64,000 nt of DNA from Pseudomonadota bacterium (GCA_041178085.1 JBEGVZ010000085.1:64001-128000); one strand, 5' to 3'; counted from the first letter of the stretch, positions 29,818 through 40,819 are shown. Notes: generated from the letters alone by a model not told the origin. Made by a program: numbers and translations.

Positions 29818-29956
29818 GTTCCCCAGTCCCGGGTCAACTTCAGGTCTATCGGCAGCTGGCCTGTCCAAACTGAATCCGCGCACTTGCCTCTGCCGTAAAT
29901 TCTGGCAAGATTGCCAGAAGATCCCGGGGTTTCTCCCCGGACAATTGGGGGGAGCA

Positions 29957-30241
29957 ATGGTTCAACCAGGAAAGCCCTTTGACGGCGCAGGCGTAGAGTT
30001 TTCTGAGCTGGTACTTGGACTTTCTTCGGCCGCGTTGCATTACCTTGGCGAGGGTACTGGTAGTGTACCACCCGCGCAAAAGTCGGAGGCCAATCTTGCT
30101 CTGGCCAGGCAGAACATTGAAATCATCCGAATGCTCAAGACCAAAACAAATGGCAACTTGTCGGCCGATGAGGTTCGATTGGTCGATGGTGTTTTGACCG
30201 ATCTGATGACCAAGTTTGCACAGGTTGCTGCGAAGGTTTAA
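29957..30241 (+). CDS. DUF1844-family protein
   Basis: FSELVLGLSSAALHYLG..NLALARQNIEII.ML..KTNGNL..DE; RBS ggag. Confidence 0.88.
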   Translation: MVQPGKPFDGAGVEFSELVLGLSSAALHYLGEGTGSVPPAQKSEANLALARQNIEIIRMLKTKTNGNLSADEVRLVDGVLTDLMTKFAQVAAKV

Positions 30242-30255
30242 CGAAACCTGTCGCA

Positions 30256-31008
30256 TCAGTTCTTTTTCTGGATTGTGAGCTTGGTTCCGACGAGAAGTTC
30301 TTTCGCGTCTTTCGCCAGTGCAAGGATCCTGAAGATGGCGTACCCATCACTGGATTTTTCCAGTTCCAGGAGCCCGGCTCCGCTTCTTTTATTGGTCAGG
30401 AGCGCCATGCTTTTTTCGGAACCCCTGATTGCCAGCGCCTGGATTTTATCACCCTTCAGTATGGTCGCGGGGCCCCCTGCAAGGACATAGCTTCCTTTCA
30501 CCGCCAGGATGACGCCGTCGTATCCCAGACTTTGAAATGTCCATTGGACCAGGGAGGCAGGCGAAGCATCGCCACTATAGGATTTCACGGATCCAAGCTT
30601 TCTTAGTTTGATGCCATCGTTATAAAAGACGGCGGCCGAAGATGATTTTACGTCAGAAAAAACGAGGTTTGCCACGATCGCCGCGGCACCTTTCTTCGCC
30701 GAGTCACCAGAATTTATTTTTTGCGAGAATTGCGCCGTGCCGCGATCGATAAAGGTAAATGGTGACATTGGACGGAATTCCTCACCGTTTTGGATCAGGG
30801 AATCCGTAGCGGCAGAGGCAACCGGTCCAGCAACAATCTGGATCCTGGCAGGGATGTATTGTTCTGCAATCGGAGCGGCCCGCACCTCTTTGATCCATCC
30901 ATCAAGATCCGGTGCAGGCTCAACGGTCCTTGCGCGCGCACCGGATGAATTGATCAAAACCGCGAATGTCAGGACCACCGCAAATGATAATCTGAGCAAG
31001 TTCTTCAT
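30256..31008 (-). CDS. Secreted hypothetical protein
   Basis: Signal peptide ending ARA; YDGVIL motif; last gene of a three-gene minus-strand operon. Confidence 0.75.
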   Translation of the reverse strand: MKNLLRLSFAVVLTFAVLINSSGARARTVEPAPDLDGWIKEVRAAPIAEQYIPARIQIVAGPVASAATDSLIQNGEEFRPMSPFTFIDRGTAQFSQKINSGDSAKKGAAAIVANLVFSDVKSSSAAVFYNDGIKLRKLGSVKSYSGDASPASLVQWTFQSLGYDGVILAVKGSYVLAGGPATILKGDKIQALAIRGSEKSMALLTNKRSGAGLLELEKSSDGYAIFRILALAKDAKELLVGTKLTIQKKN

Positions 31009-31015
31009 GTCCCAC

Positions 31016-32746
31016 CTACCAGTTTAATACCAGCCCGAGGCCGGCATAGGCTGCGCGCAACTCAACGCCTGACACCGCGACTTCGCCGGGGTCAAGATCG
31101 CCCATCTTGATGTTCTCGATGGCGATGTTCTCGTACATCCCGAAGGTCAGCACATTGAAGGTGTAGTCCACCCCAAACAGGCGAAAATCCATCGTTGAGT
31201 TCAGGAAAAGATCCAGCCCGGCCCGCTCCGACGAGACGGCGCTCGTGCCAAGGACAGGCAAGAAAGGAATGCCACGATCGATCGCATACCAGACCCTTGC
31301 GGTATAAAGACGTGCCGCGCGTTCAGCTGAAACCTCAAGCGACACACTGGGCTGGTTCCTGATCTGGAAATCTTGTGTGGCAGTAACATTGCCATCGGCA
31401 TCCCGTTCCACCGGCTGACGGGAGAGAAGATAATATCGACCAAGCTTTGGCGTCACTTCGACGCGGTTTATGAATAGTGGAAACTTGAAGCTGAATGAAC
31501 GGCCAAGCACAAACCTTGTCCACTCCAGTGTTGTTGTTGTGCCGTTGGCGGTAGCGGTCTGCTGCGGGAATTTGTCGTAATAAAACTTGATGCCGCTGAG
31601 TGGACCCGACCGGACTTCCACCAGCAGCCCGTAAAGTGAGCCGTTTTCAACCAGATCATCCCCCTTCAGGAGTTGCTTTCCGTACCGGAGCCCGACGTAA
31701 CCCGAAGCTGCGGTTTGGAACAGGAGGTTCGATATCGAATCATAACCCTTGGTAAACAGATTGCTGAGCAATCCCGACCTTGCCGCAGAGCTCAAGCGTT
31801 CATGTGCGCTGCTCACCGCCTTCTCCAGTTCAACGGATCGCTGGCCGGCACCATCGCTATTATGGCTCCAGATCCGTGCATTCCCAGCGGTGGTTGCGGT
31901 GCGCGCCTTGGCGTCCAACTTATAACGTGCAGTGTCGATGAAGGCCGTCCTGGTGCTTGAACCGGTGCCTGACTGGAACCTTGTCTTGTCCTTTCCAGTG
32001 AGCTTTGCTTCCCCAAGATGTTCTGCGAAGAACCTCCCCGTGTCCGCGTCCATGGTCATCCGGTAAAAAGTGATGGATGCATTGGGCGTGATCGAGTCGA
32101 ATTTCTTGGTAAATCTCTGGCCCTTGAATTCAGCAGCAGAGAGAATGCCTGTGCTTGAAGTCAGGCGACTCCGGTCAAGGTACGCTGCCGCAGGAAGGCT
32201 GTCCACGAGCGCGAACGCGAGGGTGGATGCGAACTCGTCGTCGGCAAGGAATTCGGCCGACCATTCCGTTACCGGAATTGTGATGGAGCGGAACACCTTT
32301 GCCCGAGTTTTGCCAGCGGCCGCCTGTTCAAGGCTGAAGCGGATTGCATCCCCATCTTTTGTAATTTTGAGGTTAACCGAAAGAGACGCATCGATTTTGG
32401 TGCCAAGACGCGTCGATTCCTTGCCAGAGATCGCACAAGTGGTGGACGAAGAGGGGCTTGACTCCCAAACCGATCCGCCCTCATGAAATGCTTTCGCGAG
32501 GGTTTTGCAGGCTTCCTTCCAGCCTTTTCCTGGCTTTGCTGGCAGAGCTGCAATGTCTTTTGTGATGTCGATGTCGATGGAAATGGATTCCACCGGGATG
32601 AATTTCCGCATGCGATCGGGCCCGCCTTGCTTTGTGCCCGCATCGTTCCCCGTAACGGGCGCTGCAAACAGCCGGGAAGACGTAGCTACTGTGGCGATCG
32701 CTAGCACAGCTATCATCCGAGTTAATTTGCAGTTCGCCACGCTCAT
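31016..32746 (-). CDS. Secreted protein with predicted C-terminal outer-membrane beta-barrel
   Basis: Signal peptide; alternating beta-strand pattern in the C-terminal part, ending AYAGLGLVLNW. Confidence 0.7.
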   Translation of the reverse strand: MSVANCKLTRMIAVLAIATVATSSRLFAAPVTGNDAGTKQGGPDRMRKFIPVESISIDIDITKDIAALPAKPGKGWKEACKTLAKAFHEGGSVWESSPSSSTTCAISGKESTRLGTKIDASLSVNLKITKDGDAIRFSLEQAAAGKTRAKVFRSITIPVTEWSAEFLADDEFASTLAFALVDSLPAAAYLDRSRLTSSTGILSAAEFKGQRFTKKFDSITPNASITFYRMTMDADTGRFFAEHLGEAKLTGKDKTRFQSGTGSSTRTAFIDTARYKLDAKARTATTAGNARIWSHNSDGAGQRSVELEKAVSSAHERLSSAARSGLLSNLFTKGYDSISNLLFQTAASGYVGLRYGKQLLKGDDLVENGSLYGLLVEVRSGPLSGIKFYYDKFPQQTATANGTTTTLEWTRFVLGRSFSFKFPLFINRVEVTPKLGRYYLLSRQPVERDADGNVTATQDFQIRNQPSVSLEVSAERAARLYTARVWYAIDRGIPFLPVLGTSAVSSERAGLDLFLNSTMDFRLFGVDYTFNVLTFGMYENIAIENIKMGDLDPGEVAVSGVELRAAYAGLGLVLNW

Positions 32747-32756
32747 TTTGTCTCTT

Positions 32757-34355
32757 TTACCTGAAACTGTTGATCTTCACTTGTCTGGTGAAGAATGCGT
32801 TTGAGTTTCTTCGGACGAATGATGCCACTGACGGGTACTTCCTGACAAATTCGGCGTTGACCTGGAACAGAGACTGGTCCTGGAAGACATAAATGCTTTT
32901 TCCATTTTGGACGGAACCAGCGATCATTTTCTGGATCTCATCAACCGAGTACTTTTGTGCACTGACCAGCGCGTCTTGTGGACCCGTGAAGACAAAGTCG
33001 CCGTCAATCAGGCCACGAACCTTGTCGGTCAGTTCGTTGTTGGTCCCGTTGCCGCTGATCTGTGCAATGATTTCCTGGTTTTTAACGACGAAGGTACCTG
33101 CCGCTGCGATGGTTGCGCCACTTTCCGCGGAAACCGAAGGGGAAGACCTCAAGGAGGGCATCAGAGGTGCAAGAAGCCCTGGTTTGAAGAGTCTGATGAC
33201 CAAAGGCAGTTTGTCCGGGTCTTGCTGGAAGCGGCCGGCAATCCACGGGCTGATTTGCGGTGCCTCACCAAGGGACTGCAGGCCAACCACAATATTTGAC
33301 TGCTTTGCCAGCGGTGCAAGTGAGGCGATCGTTACTCTGCCCTCGATCGGCGCTCTGTTGGCAGTAGAACCATCGGAAATGACGATTGCCAGGGACAGCG
33401 TCCTGCGGTCCGTGCCCGAGATGATGGTTCGCGTCGAATTGGCCAGGATGTTCGCAACTGGCACGCGAGCCGTATATTTGCCGGGGTCGGTGGCGGGCAC
33501 AAGTTTTTCCTGAAGCCCTTTGGCTCCACCTTTTGATTCCTGGCGCAATTCGAGTGCAATGCTTGCCCCTGTGGGTACAGCCTTGAGGCTGACGACAAAT
33601 GAAACGAACTCATTGCTGAGCTTTTCCAGTTCCGTGGTTGTCCAGAAGGAGGAACCCGGGGCTGGTGAGAGAAGTTTTGCCGAGAGGTCGATCTTTACAG
33701 GCGCTGGTTTGGGGGTCGGCTTGGGCGTGGCGGTTGGGGTCGGCGTGGCGACGACGGCAAGATTCTCCTGGATACGCCGGCTGCGGTCTGCATCGTCAAC
33801 CTTTGCGATGGTGATCTTCACACCTGTTTTGGTGTTGGTCTTGGTAACTTCGGCCGGTCCTGACGCCCCGGAACTTTTTGTCGCAACGGATTCGCCGGCG
33901 TTTACAGTAACGGCCCCGTTGCCGGTCAGCAGGATCACAGGGTTGGCACGGTTGTCAGTTGTCGAAGCCTCTGCCTGACCGGCCCTTGTGGCGTCGATCA
34001 GGATGGTTGGCGCGATCCGGTGGTCTTCAAGGGATGTTACCGTGATTCTGGAGTTTGAGAGGCAGCTCGCCTTTCGTCCGGAGTTCAGGTCGATAACCGC
34101 TTTCGAATCCTTGCCGGTCACGATCTGATCGCCGTCAGCTACGGTCTGTCCGGCATTCACGCGGCGGAACTCCCCGTCTTCGGAGCGGATCTGGACTTCG
34201 CCATCAACAGCTGCAAGTTTCCCGACCGCGGCGCTTTCGTCCGTCAGGTAGATATTCGAATTGCGCACGGCACTGATCGAGAACACAGCAGCCACACCGA
34301 TGACTACCGTCACCAGGACGAGCTTTGAGGAAAAACTAAATTGGTTTGAGCCCAT
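32757..34355 (-). CDS. FecR-like domain membrane-anchored protein
   Basis: N-terminal TM, then VGKLAAVDGEVQI..GQTVADGDQIVTGKDSKAVIDL..NSRI (FecR-type beta domain) and a TPTPTATPKPTPKP linker. Confidence 0.8.
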   Translation of the reverse strand: MGSNQFSFSSKLVLVTVVIGVAAVFSISAVRNSNIYLTDESAAVGKLAAVDGEVQIRSEDGEFRRVNAGQTVADGDQIVTGKDSKAVIDLNSGRKASCLSNSRITVTSLEDHRIAPTILIDATRAGQAEASTTDNRANPVILLTGNGAVTVNAGESVATKSSGASGPAEVTKTNTKTGVKITIAKVDDADRSRRIQENLAVVATPTPTATPKPTPKPAPVKIDLSAKLLSPAPGSSFWTTTELEKLSNEFVSFVVSLKAVPTGASIALELRQESKGGAKGLQEKLVPATDPGKYTARVPVANILANSTRTIISGTDRRTLSLAIVISDGSTANRAPIEGRVTIASLAPLAKQSNIVVGLQSLGEAPQISPWIAGRFQQDPDKLPLVIRLFKPGLLAPLMPSLRSSPSVSAESGATIAAAGTFVVKNQEIIAQISGNGTNNELTDKVRGLIDGDFVFTGPQDALVSAQKYSVDEIQKMIAGSVQNGKSIYVFQDQSLFQVNAEFVRKYPSVASFVRRNSNAFFTRQVKINSFR

Positions 34356-34383
34356 GTCGACGATCCCCTATCTGCCCATCGGT

Positions 34384-34453
34384 GGATCGGAGCTGGCTGA
34401 AATTACTTGAGTTCAGGTCTGGGCGTTAAAGTAAACCGGAATCCCGCCGATCT
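34384..34453. promoter_or_regulatory. Back-to-back sigma-28 (FliA)-type promoters
   Basis: Plus strand TAAA(34427-30)-N15-GCCGATCT(34446-53); minus strand TCAA(34410-07)-N15-TCCGATCC(34391-84). Confidence 0.65.
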
Positions 34454-34480
34454 AGCAGCAGGTCAAGGAGGAGGTTCCCT

Positions 34481-36619
34481 ATGGGGGGCAGGCAAGCCCA
34501 CGGCAAGGTGCCATTTTTCAAGTCTCTGCGCGGCCGCTTTTCGCGGATCATTGTGGCGTTGACGACGCTTGCCATTTTCTTTGTCTCATGGGGCTTCAGT
34601 TCAAGGTTCGAGGAGTACCTTCAAAACGAAATCAGAGACTCCTTGGTCAACCGGGCTGAAACGTCGGCAGAGGCCGTTGGCGCAACGCTTAAGATTCTTG
34701 TCGGGCAGCTGGGGACATATGCCGCCAATGTCATCCCATTCGACGTTCCGCGTAAGAAAGCCAGTTTCCAGCAATTCCTGTCCGATTTCCCTGAAGTCCT
34801 TACAATTTCTACTTACCGTTGGGATACCACCAAGAAAGCGATGTCCGAGGTTGTCCATAGTGAACTGACGGCCCAGCAGAAGGACGATGCGATCCTGCAG
34901 CGAGCCAACGCCGAAACCGCGCATGCCGCCTTGCTCCGGCTCGAGACCGAAGAAATATCAAGGTTTGCTGCCGAACCCCTTCCCCAACCTCAGAGTCAGC
35001 CCGCATACCGGTTCCTGAGCCTTGCGACTCAGTCCAAGTTGCCCGTTTTCACCCTGCTGATCCGGTATCCCGTCAAGCCAGGGGCGAAGGAAATTTCCCT
35101 GGTCTCAACGTCGGTTTGGTTGACTTCGTTGATGGTTGCGTTGCCCAAGACGGCGGCGTTGGAGACTTCCGTCGTGGACGGTCGTGGCCAGATCATTGCA
35201 TCGGCAGTGGTGAACGATGTCCTTCGCGGCAGGAAATATAGCGAGCTGCCGGTATTCAAACGGGCAAGGGACTCAGTCGAACCAAGTGGTTTTTATGAGA
35301 CCAGGTCGATTCCCGCATGGGCAAGGCGCTTTCCAGCCGAGGTTGGCAAGTTCCTGGAAGAAAGATCCTTCTCTTTCCAGGGTAAGAAGGGCGCGGACTG
35401 GGTTGGCGCATTCTCGCGGGTCCAGAAACAGGGCGTCGGCATGGATAATCATTGGGTCCTTGTCCAGAAACGTGCCGATGCCGTCTTCGGCGTAGTTGAG
35501 AAATCAAAGCTCGAAACCGTTTTGATCGCATTCTTTGTGATTCTTGCTGCCGGGACTGTCGGGGTCATGTCGGCCGGTCAAAGCACCGTCCAGCTGGAAC
35601 GGGTTTACCAGGCGACTGGAGAAATTGCCTCGGGACGCTTTGACACTCGAATCGAAGGTCGTTCTGAGGATGAGATCGGTCAGATTGCCGACTCTGTGAA
35701 CCGGATGGCGGCCGAACTGAAAGCACAAGTGGAATTGAAGGCGGAGAAAGGCCGGTTGCAGGCCGAAGCGGACACCGCGCGGACGGTGCAGGAAACTTTC
35801 TTCCCATCGGGAACCATCAATTCCGGCCCGTTGACAGTGGCGGGCAGTTACCAACCTGCAACTGAGTGCGGCGGCGACCTCTGGGGTCACTTTACCGTGC
35901 GTCCTGGTGTCGAGGTCCTCTACATCGCCGACGCGATGGGGCACGGTGCGTCAGCGGCCATCATGACGGCAATGGCTTATACTGCATGCAACCTGGTCGC
36001 TGAAATTATCAAGGACGCTCAAATTTTTGGCGACTCGCCGGCAAAGCTCCTCGACCAGATGAACAAGGTCATCTTCGGCGCCGTGAAAGGCAAGGTCAGC
36101 ATGACCTGCTTTGCTGTGCTCTACGATTTCAACAAGGGTGAAATGGTTTTTGCCAACGCAGGACATAACTTCCCCTTCGTGCTGTTTCCTGCCGCTGTTG
36201 CCGCGGAATCCGCAAATGGAAAGGCGCCTGCGCCCCAGTCCCTAATGCTCAGCGGTAATCCGCTCGGCGTTGACATTGAAAGCGCCTACCAGGACAAGCG
36301 TCGTCCGATCAAGGCGGGTGAGCGCCTGGTCATGTTCACCGATGGCCTGATTGAGTGCCGTTCCCCGGCCGGAAACCAGTGGGGCCGAAAGGCATTGAAC
36401 TCTGCTTTGGCCAATGGGGTTAAAGTCGGCGGCGTCGAGGATCTTCGCAACCATATCATTGGCAGCGCATTTCGCTTCTTCAACGGCGTGCCGATTGCTG
36501 ATGACGTGACCTTGGTCGTGGCCGAGATTTCAGCTGCCTGGACTGCAGGTAGCGCGATTCCCGTGACGGGGAATTCAACGCCACCAGCGAAAACCCCAAC
36601 CCTTGATCTGGCGGGCTGA
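34481..36619 (+). CDS. Membrane sensor: periplasmic (Cache-like) - HAMP - SpoIIE/PP2C phosphatase
   Basis: Two TMs flank a periplasmic domain; HAMP DEIGQIADSVNRM; PP2C motifs ECGGDLW, IADAMGHG, ANAGHN, FTDGL and DDVT. Confidence 0.92.
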   Translation: MGGRQAHGKVPFFKSLRGRFSRIIVALTTLAIFFVSWGFSSRFEEYLQNEIRDSLVNRAETSAEAVGATLKILVGQLGTYAANVIPFDVPRKKASFQQFLSDFPEVLTISTYRWDTTKKAMSEVVHSELTAQQKDDAILQRANAETAHAALLRLETEEISRFAAEPLPQPQSQPAYRFLSLATQSKLPVFTLLIRYPVKPGAKEISLVSTSVWLTSLMVALPKTAALETSVVDGRGQIIASAVVNDVLRGRKYSELPVFKRARDSVEPSGFYETRSIPAWARRFPAEVGKFLEERSFSFQGKKGADWVGAFSRVQKQGVGMDNHWVLVQKRADAVFGVVEKSKLETVLIAFFVILAAGTVGVMSAGQSTVQLERVYQATGEIASGRFDTRIEGRSEDEIGQIADSVNRMAAELKAQVELKAEKGRLQAEADTARTVQETFFPSGTINSGPLTVAGSYQPATECGGDLWGHFTVRPGVEVLYIADAMGHGASAAIMTAMAYTACNLVAEIIKDAQIFGDSPAKLLDQMNKVIFGAVKGKVSMTCFAVLYDFNKGEMVFANAGHNFPFVLFPAAVAAESANGKAPAPQSLMLSGNPLGVDIESAYQDKRRPIKAGERLVMFTDGLIECRSPAGNQWGRKALNSALANGVKVGGVEDLRNHIIGSAFRFFNGVPIADDVTLVVAEISAAWTAGSAIPVTGNSTPPAKTPTLDLAG

Positions 36620-36622
36620 CCA

Positions 36623-39292
36623 ATGGACTTGTCCAAGTATGAGTTCCCGGCGCAAAAAGCCCTGCACCAGGGGTTGCAGTATGCGCGGGGATTCGGCCAT
36701 GTTCATTTTGAACCGGAGCACGTGGCCCTGGCCATCGTCCGCCACGGCAAGGTTGGCTTGGGGCGTGATGTCAGCGAACGCCTTAAGGCCCACATCGAAA
36801 GTCATCTATCGAAGACGCCACGGATCTTTGGTTCGATCAAGGTCGACTTCGGCAAGCGCCTTTCTGCAGCATTAGACCGTGCCGAATCCGGTGGTGGTGC
36901 TGTGACAGAGGCAGTCCTCTGGGACGCCATTTGCAAGCAGTCGACTGCCATTCAGAATTTTTTTGCTGCTTATCGCAATTCCCGTAGCGAATCGCGGGAG
37001 TTCACGCCCCTCACCGCCATGTCAAAAGCGGAAAAGGATGCAGGTCCCAAGACTGATGCCAAGGGCGCAAAAGGTAGCCGTCTGAAGCCAGAGGAAAAGT
37101 CTGGAGACATTGCATCGCGCCAACCATCAGAGCCGTCACAAGACGATTTCAAGATGAGCGCGTTTCTGAAGGAATTTACGACTGACCTGACAGAGATGGC
37201 TCAGAAGGGCGATCTTGATCCGGTAATTGGGCGGGACACGGAAGTTCGTCGCGTGCTGGAAATCCTTGGTCGCAAGAAAAAGAACAACCCCCTGCTCCTG
37301 GGTGACCCTGGTGTCGGCAAGTCGGCCGTGGCGGAAGCGGTGGCATTGAAAATCGCAAGCGGTCAGGTTCCCGAGACGATGCGTGACAAACGCGTACTTT
37401 CGCTGGACCTTGGTGCATTGCTGGCAGGGGCCAAATATCGCGGAGAATTTGAAGAGCGGGTCAAGGGACTGCTCAAGGCTCTGGACGAATACAAAGGTCA
37501 GATCATTCTGTTTATCGACGAGATCCATATGTTGGTCGGGGCGGGCAATGCACAGGGTTCGGCGGATGCCGCCAACTTGCTCAAGCCGGCCTTGGCACGG
37601 GGAATGATCCAGTGCCTTGGCGCGACCACCCGGGATGAATATCGTAAATACATCGAAAAGGATCCCGCCCTTGAACGACGCTTTCAGCCCCTATCGGTAG
37701 CGGAGCCAGGACGTGCGGCCGCGATCTCGATCCTTCGCGGATTGAAGGCCCGCTATGAAATCCATCATGGCGTGCAGATCGATGACGACGCCCTCGTGGC
37801 GGCAGTGGACATGTCGCTGCGCTACATTCCTGACCGCCGCTTGCCGGATAAAGCGATTGACCTGGTGGACGAGGCGGCGAGCCGCTTGCGACTCCAGATC
37901 GCCAGTGTGCCTGCCGTGCTTGATACCTTGCGCGGACGGATTGCCCAGCTCGAAATCGAGCGCAAGGCGATTGGTGACCAGGTGGCGAACCAGCGGGCTC
38001 TTGTGACGATCGACGCCGAGCTTGCCAAGGTTCGCAAGGAACACGAACGCGTTGAGGCGATATGGCGCAGCCACCAGGCCGCGCTTGAGGGACTTCGTGA
38101 GGCCGAAGTCAAGCGTGAGGAACTCGCCGGACTTTATGAAGCCGCGAAGGCTCGCGGTGAATTTGAGTTTGCGGCGCGCCTCCAATACATGGAGATCCCG
38201 GGCAATGAGAAGAATCTTGAAACTTTGCGCGCGGATCTGAACATCCAGCAGGCGAAAAACTCTTTCCTTCGCCAGGTGGTGGGAGCTCGTGAGGTGGCCG
38301 AAGTGGTCGCCATGTGGACCGGTATCCCGGTCGACAAGATCGTCGAAGATGAATCAAACCGTCTACTCAAGATGAAAGCGCGGCTCGGTTCGCGCGTATT
38401 TGGTCAGGACGATGCGCTGGAGACCGTGTCGCGGGCGATTCGCCGGGCCCGCACCGGCGTGAACGATCCCAAGAGACCGATCGGTGTATTCTTGTTCCTC
38501 GGGCCAACCGGTGTTGGCAAGACAGAGACGGCAAAGGCACTGGCCGCTGAGCTTTTCGACAACGAGGCCAGGATGATCCGGGTCGACATGTCAGAGATGA
38601 TGGAAGCACACAATGTCGCCCGCCTGATTGGCGCACCCCCCGGCTACGTTGGGTACGGCGAAGGTGGCGACCTGGCTGAGTCGGTACGCATAAACCCGTA
38701 TTCGGTCGTGCTTCTTGACGAAATCGAAAAGGCCCACCCCAAAGTCCTCGATATTTTGCTCCAGGTTTTTGAGGACGGCAGGCTGACTGACGGGCGCGGG
38801 AAGCTGGTTGATTTTCGCAACACCTTGATCATCATGACGTCAAACCTTGATCCTGGGTTTATCCGCAGCAATCACTCAGTGGATGACTCCGGCCTGCGTA
38901 AAGCGCTGGCAGAAACCATGCGCCCCGAGTTCGTCAACCGGATCGACGAGATCATCCAGTTCCGTGGGTTGACCCGCGTGGAACTTGAGCGGGTGCTGGA
39001 AAAGCAATTGATAGAACTCAATGAGAGGATTTCCGGGCGCAACTTCCGGGTCGGCCTTGGTCCCAAGATGCGGCAGCATCTGCTCGCCCTTGCAGCAGAC
39101 CCCCGTTTTGGTGCCCGGACCATGAAGAGGGCTTTCCACCAGCAGGTGGTCGATGCAGTTTCGGACCGCATCCTCACCATGGCGCCGGCATGCCGGGGTA
39201 GCTGGCTTCTGGACCTGGATCCGGACCAGCGGGTGGTATGGCGCGAGGAGTTTGACCCGGCTCGTTACCTGCCCCCTGCGCGCGAGGGCTGA
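36623..39292 (+). CDS. clpB: ClpB-type AAA+ disaggregase
   Basis: Clp N-domain, [15 protein letters not shown]-domain coiled coil (AARLQY), GPTGVGKT and GAPPGYVG. Confidence 0.92.
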   Translation: MDLSKYEFPAQKALHQGLQYARGFGHVHFEPEHVALAIVRHGKVGLGRDVSERLKAHIESHLSKTPRIFGSIKVDFGKRLSAALDRAESGGGAVTEAVLWDAICKQSTAIQNFFAAYRNSRSESREFTPLTAMSKAEKDAGPKTDAKGAKGSRLKPEEKSGDIASRQPSEPSQDDFKMSAFLKEFTTDLTEMAQKGDLDPVIGRDTEVRRVLEILGRKKKNNPLLLGDPGVGKSAVAEAVALKIASGQVPETMRDKRVLSLDLGALLAGAKYRGEFEERVKGLLKALDEYKGQIILFIDEIHMLVGAGNAQGSADAANLLKPALARGMIQCLGATTRDEYRKYIEKDPALERRFQPLSVAEPGRAAAISILRGLKARYEIHHGVQIDDDALVAAVDMSLRYIPDRRLPDKAIDLVDEAASRLRLQIASVPAVLDTLRGRIAQLEIERKAIGDQVANQRALVTIDAELAKVRKEHERVEAIWRSHQAALEGLREAEVKREELAGLYEAAKARGEFEFAARLQYMEIPGNEKNLETLRADLNIQQAKNSFLRQVVGAREVAEVVAMWTGIPVDKIVEDESNRLLKMKARLGSRVFGQDDALETVSRAIRRARTGVNDPKRPIGVFLFLGPTGVGKTETAKALAAELFDNEARMIRVDMSEMMEAHNVARLIGAPPGYVGYGEGGDLAESVRINPYSVVLLDEIEKAHPKVLDILLQVFEDGRLTDGRGKLVDFRNTLIIMTSNLDPGFIRSNHSVDDSGLRKALAETMRPEFVNRIDEIIQFRGLTRVELERVLEKQLIELNERISGRNFRVGLGPKMRQHLLALAADPRFGARTMKRAFHQQVVDAVSDRILTMAPACRGSWLLDLDPDQRVVWREEFDPARYLPPAREG

Positions 39293-39358
39293 GGCCACGC
39301 TCTTGCCTTGACAACCAAGCGCTAGATCAATAATCCTTCGCACATCCGCACGCGGAGT

Positions 39359-39433
39359 TGGGGCGTCGACAAGCGGTAAGTCACTGGATTTTGATTCCAG
39401 CATTCGTAGGTTCGAATCCTACCGCCCCAGCCA
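39359..39433 (+). tRNA. tRNA-Gln(TTG)
   Basis: Acceptor tggggcg/cgcccca, anticodon arm ctgga-ttttgat-tccag, ggttcgaatcc and encoded CCA; conserved position before prs; TTGACA at 39308. Confidence 0.97.
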
Positions 39434-39466
39434 TCTTTCTCCCGGCCCGAAGCAAAGGGAGTCTTC

Positions 39467-40414
39467 ATGAACAACGAACTCATTGTATTTTCAGGCAATG
39501 CCAACCGGGCGCTGGCGGAGAGCATCTGTCGCAACCTGGGTACCGTGCTTGGCCAGGCAATGGTCGGTAATTTCTCGGATGGCGAGACAAGGGTTGAATT
39601 GCAGAGCAACGTCCGCGGGCGGGACGTGTTCATTGTCCAACCGACTTGTGCCCCGGCAAACCAGCACATCATGGAAGCATTGATCATGGCGGACGCCTGC
39701 CGGCGGAGCTCTGCCCAGCGCGTCACATTGGTGACTCCCTACTTTGGCTATGGTCGCCAGGAGCGCAAGAACGCCCCGCGGACTCCGATCACTGCAAAGT
39801 TGATCGCAGACCTGTTTGAGACAGCAGGCTACAACCGGATCCTGACGCTTGAACTTCACACGTCGGCAATCCAGGGCTTTTTCAACATTCCCGTGGACCA
39901 TCTTTTCGCCAAGCCGGTTTTTGCTGAGCATCTTGCTGGCAGGCCGGAACTGCTTGAGGACCTGGTGGTTGTTTCGCCCGATGCTGGAGGCGTGGAAAGG
40001 GCGCGCGCCCTTGCCAAGCTTTTCAACACCGGTTTGGCCATTGTCGACAAGCGCCGTGACCGTCCAAATGAAAGCCACGTGATGAACGTCATCGGCGAGG
40101 TAAAGGGCCGCAATTGCCTGATCGTGGACGACATTTGTGACACGGGCGGATCCCTTACCAAGGCAGCCGATACACTCGCTGCGCAGGGGGCGAAGGCTGT
40201 CTATGCGGTGATCAGCCATCCCGTTTTGTCGGGGCCGGCCCTGGAGCGGATTGAGGCCTCGGCCTTGAAGGAGCTTATCTGCACCGATTCGATACCCCTG
40301 TCTGAAGATGCCAAAAAGTCATCTAAAATCAGGCAGTTAAGTATTTCTAGTTTGTTCGCAGAGGCAATCCGCCGGATTCACAATTCGGATTCAGTCAGTT
40401 CCCTTTTTGTCTGA
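39467..40414 (+). CDS. prs: Ribose-phosphate pyrophosphokinase
   Basis: FSDGE, PYFGYGRQ, VVSPDAGGVERAR and VDDICDTGGS. Confidence 0.98.
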   Translation: MNNELIVFSGNANRALAESICRNLGTVLGQAMVGNFSDGETRVELQSNVRGRDVFIVQPTCAPANQHIMEALIMADACRRSSAQRVTLVTPYFGYGRQERKNAPRTPITAKLIADLFETAGYNRILTLELHTSAIQGFFNIPVDHLFAKPVFAEHLAGRPELLEDLVVVSPDAGGVERARALAKLFNTGLAIVDKRRDRPNESHVMNVIGEVKGRNCLIVDDICDTGGSLTKAADTLAAQGAKAVYAVISHPVLSGPALERIEASALKELICTDSIPLSEDAKKSSKIRQLSISSLFAEAIRRIHNSDSVSSLFV

Positions 40415-40530
40415 GCCAGGCCTCGCCTCTCACAACCCTGCGAATTTGGGGACAAACGGCTTGAAAGCCGCAGCGGATGTGGCTATAAGGCAGGGTTCTA
40501 TTGGTCCGAAGATCTTGGAGCGAGTGTCTC

Positions 40531-40815
40531 ATGTCAGATAACACGTTGATTACAATCGAAGGAAAACACCGTGAAGTTGCGGGCAAGACTGCTTCCCGTA
40601 AAATCCGTCGCGGTGGAATGATCCCGGCTGTGTTGAGCCACAAAGGCAAGTCGACCATGCTGGAAATCAACCCGAAGTTTCTTGCCCGTGCCTGGAAGAA
40701 CGAGAAGAAGTTCAACCTGAGCCTCGAGGGCAAGGTCATGCCGGTGGTGATCACCGAGCTGCAGCTTGATCATGTGAAGCGCACTGCGCTGCACGTTGAC
40801 CTGGCGCACGCCTGA
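40531..40815 (+). CDS. rplY: 50S ribosomal protein L25 (short form)
   Basis: GKTASRKIRRGGMIPAVL...HVDL; position between prs and pth. Confidence 0.93.
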   Translation: MSDNTLITIEGKHREVAGKTASRKIRRGGMIPAVLSHKGKSTMLEINPKFLARAWKNEKKFNLSLEGKVMPVVITELQLDHVKRTALHVDLAHA

Positions 40816-40819
40816 ATCT

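Noticed and set aside
29047..39292. Type VI secretion locus (FHA + PP2C + Clp ATPase)
   Set aside because: No TssB/C, Hcp, VgrG or TssJLM genes; the ATPase has a ClpB-type M-domain.
28985..39433. Genomic island bounded by the two tRNAs
   Set aside because: No integrase, no direct repeat of either tRNA end that I could find, and the content includes core-type genes.
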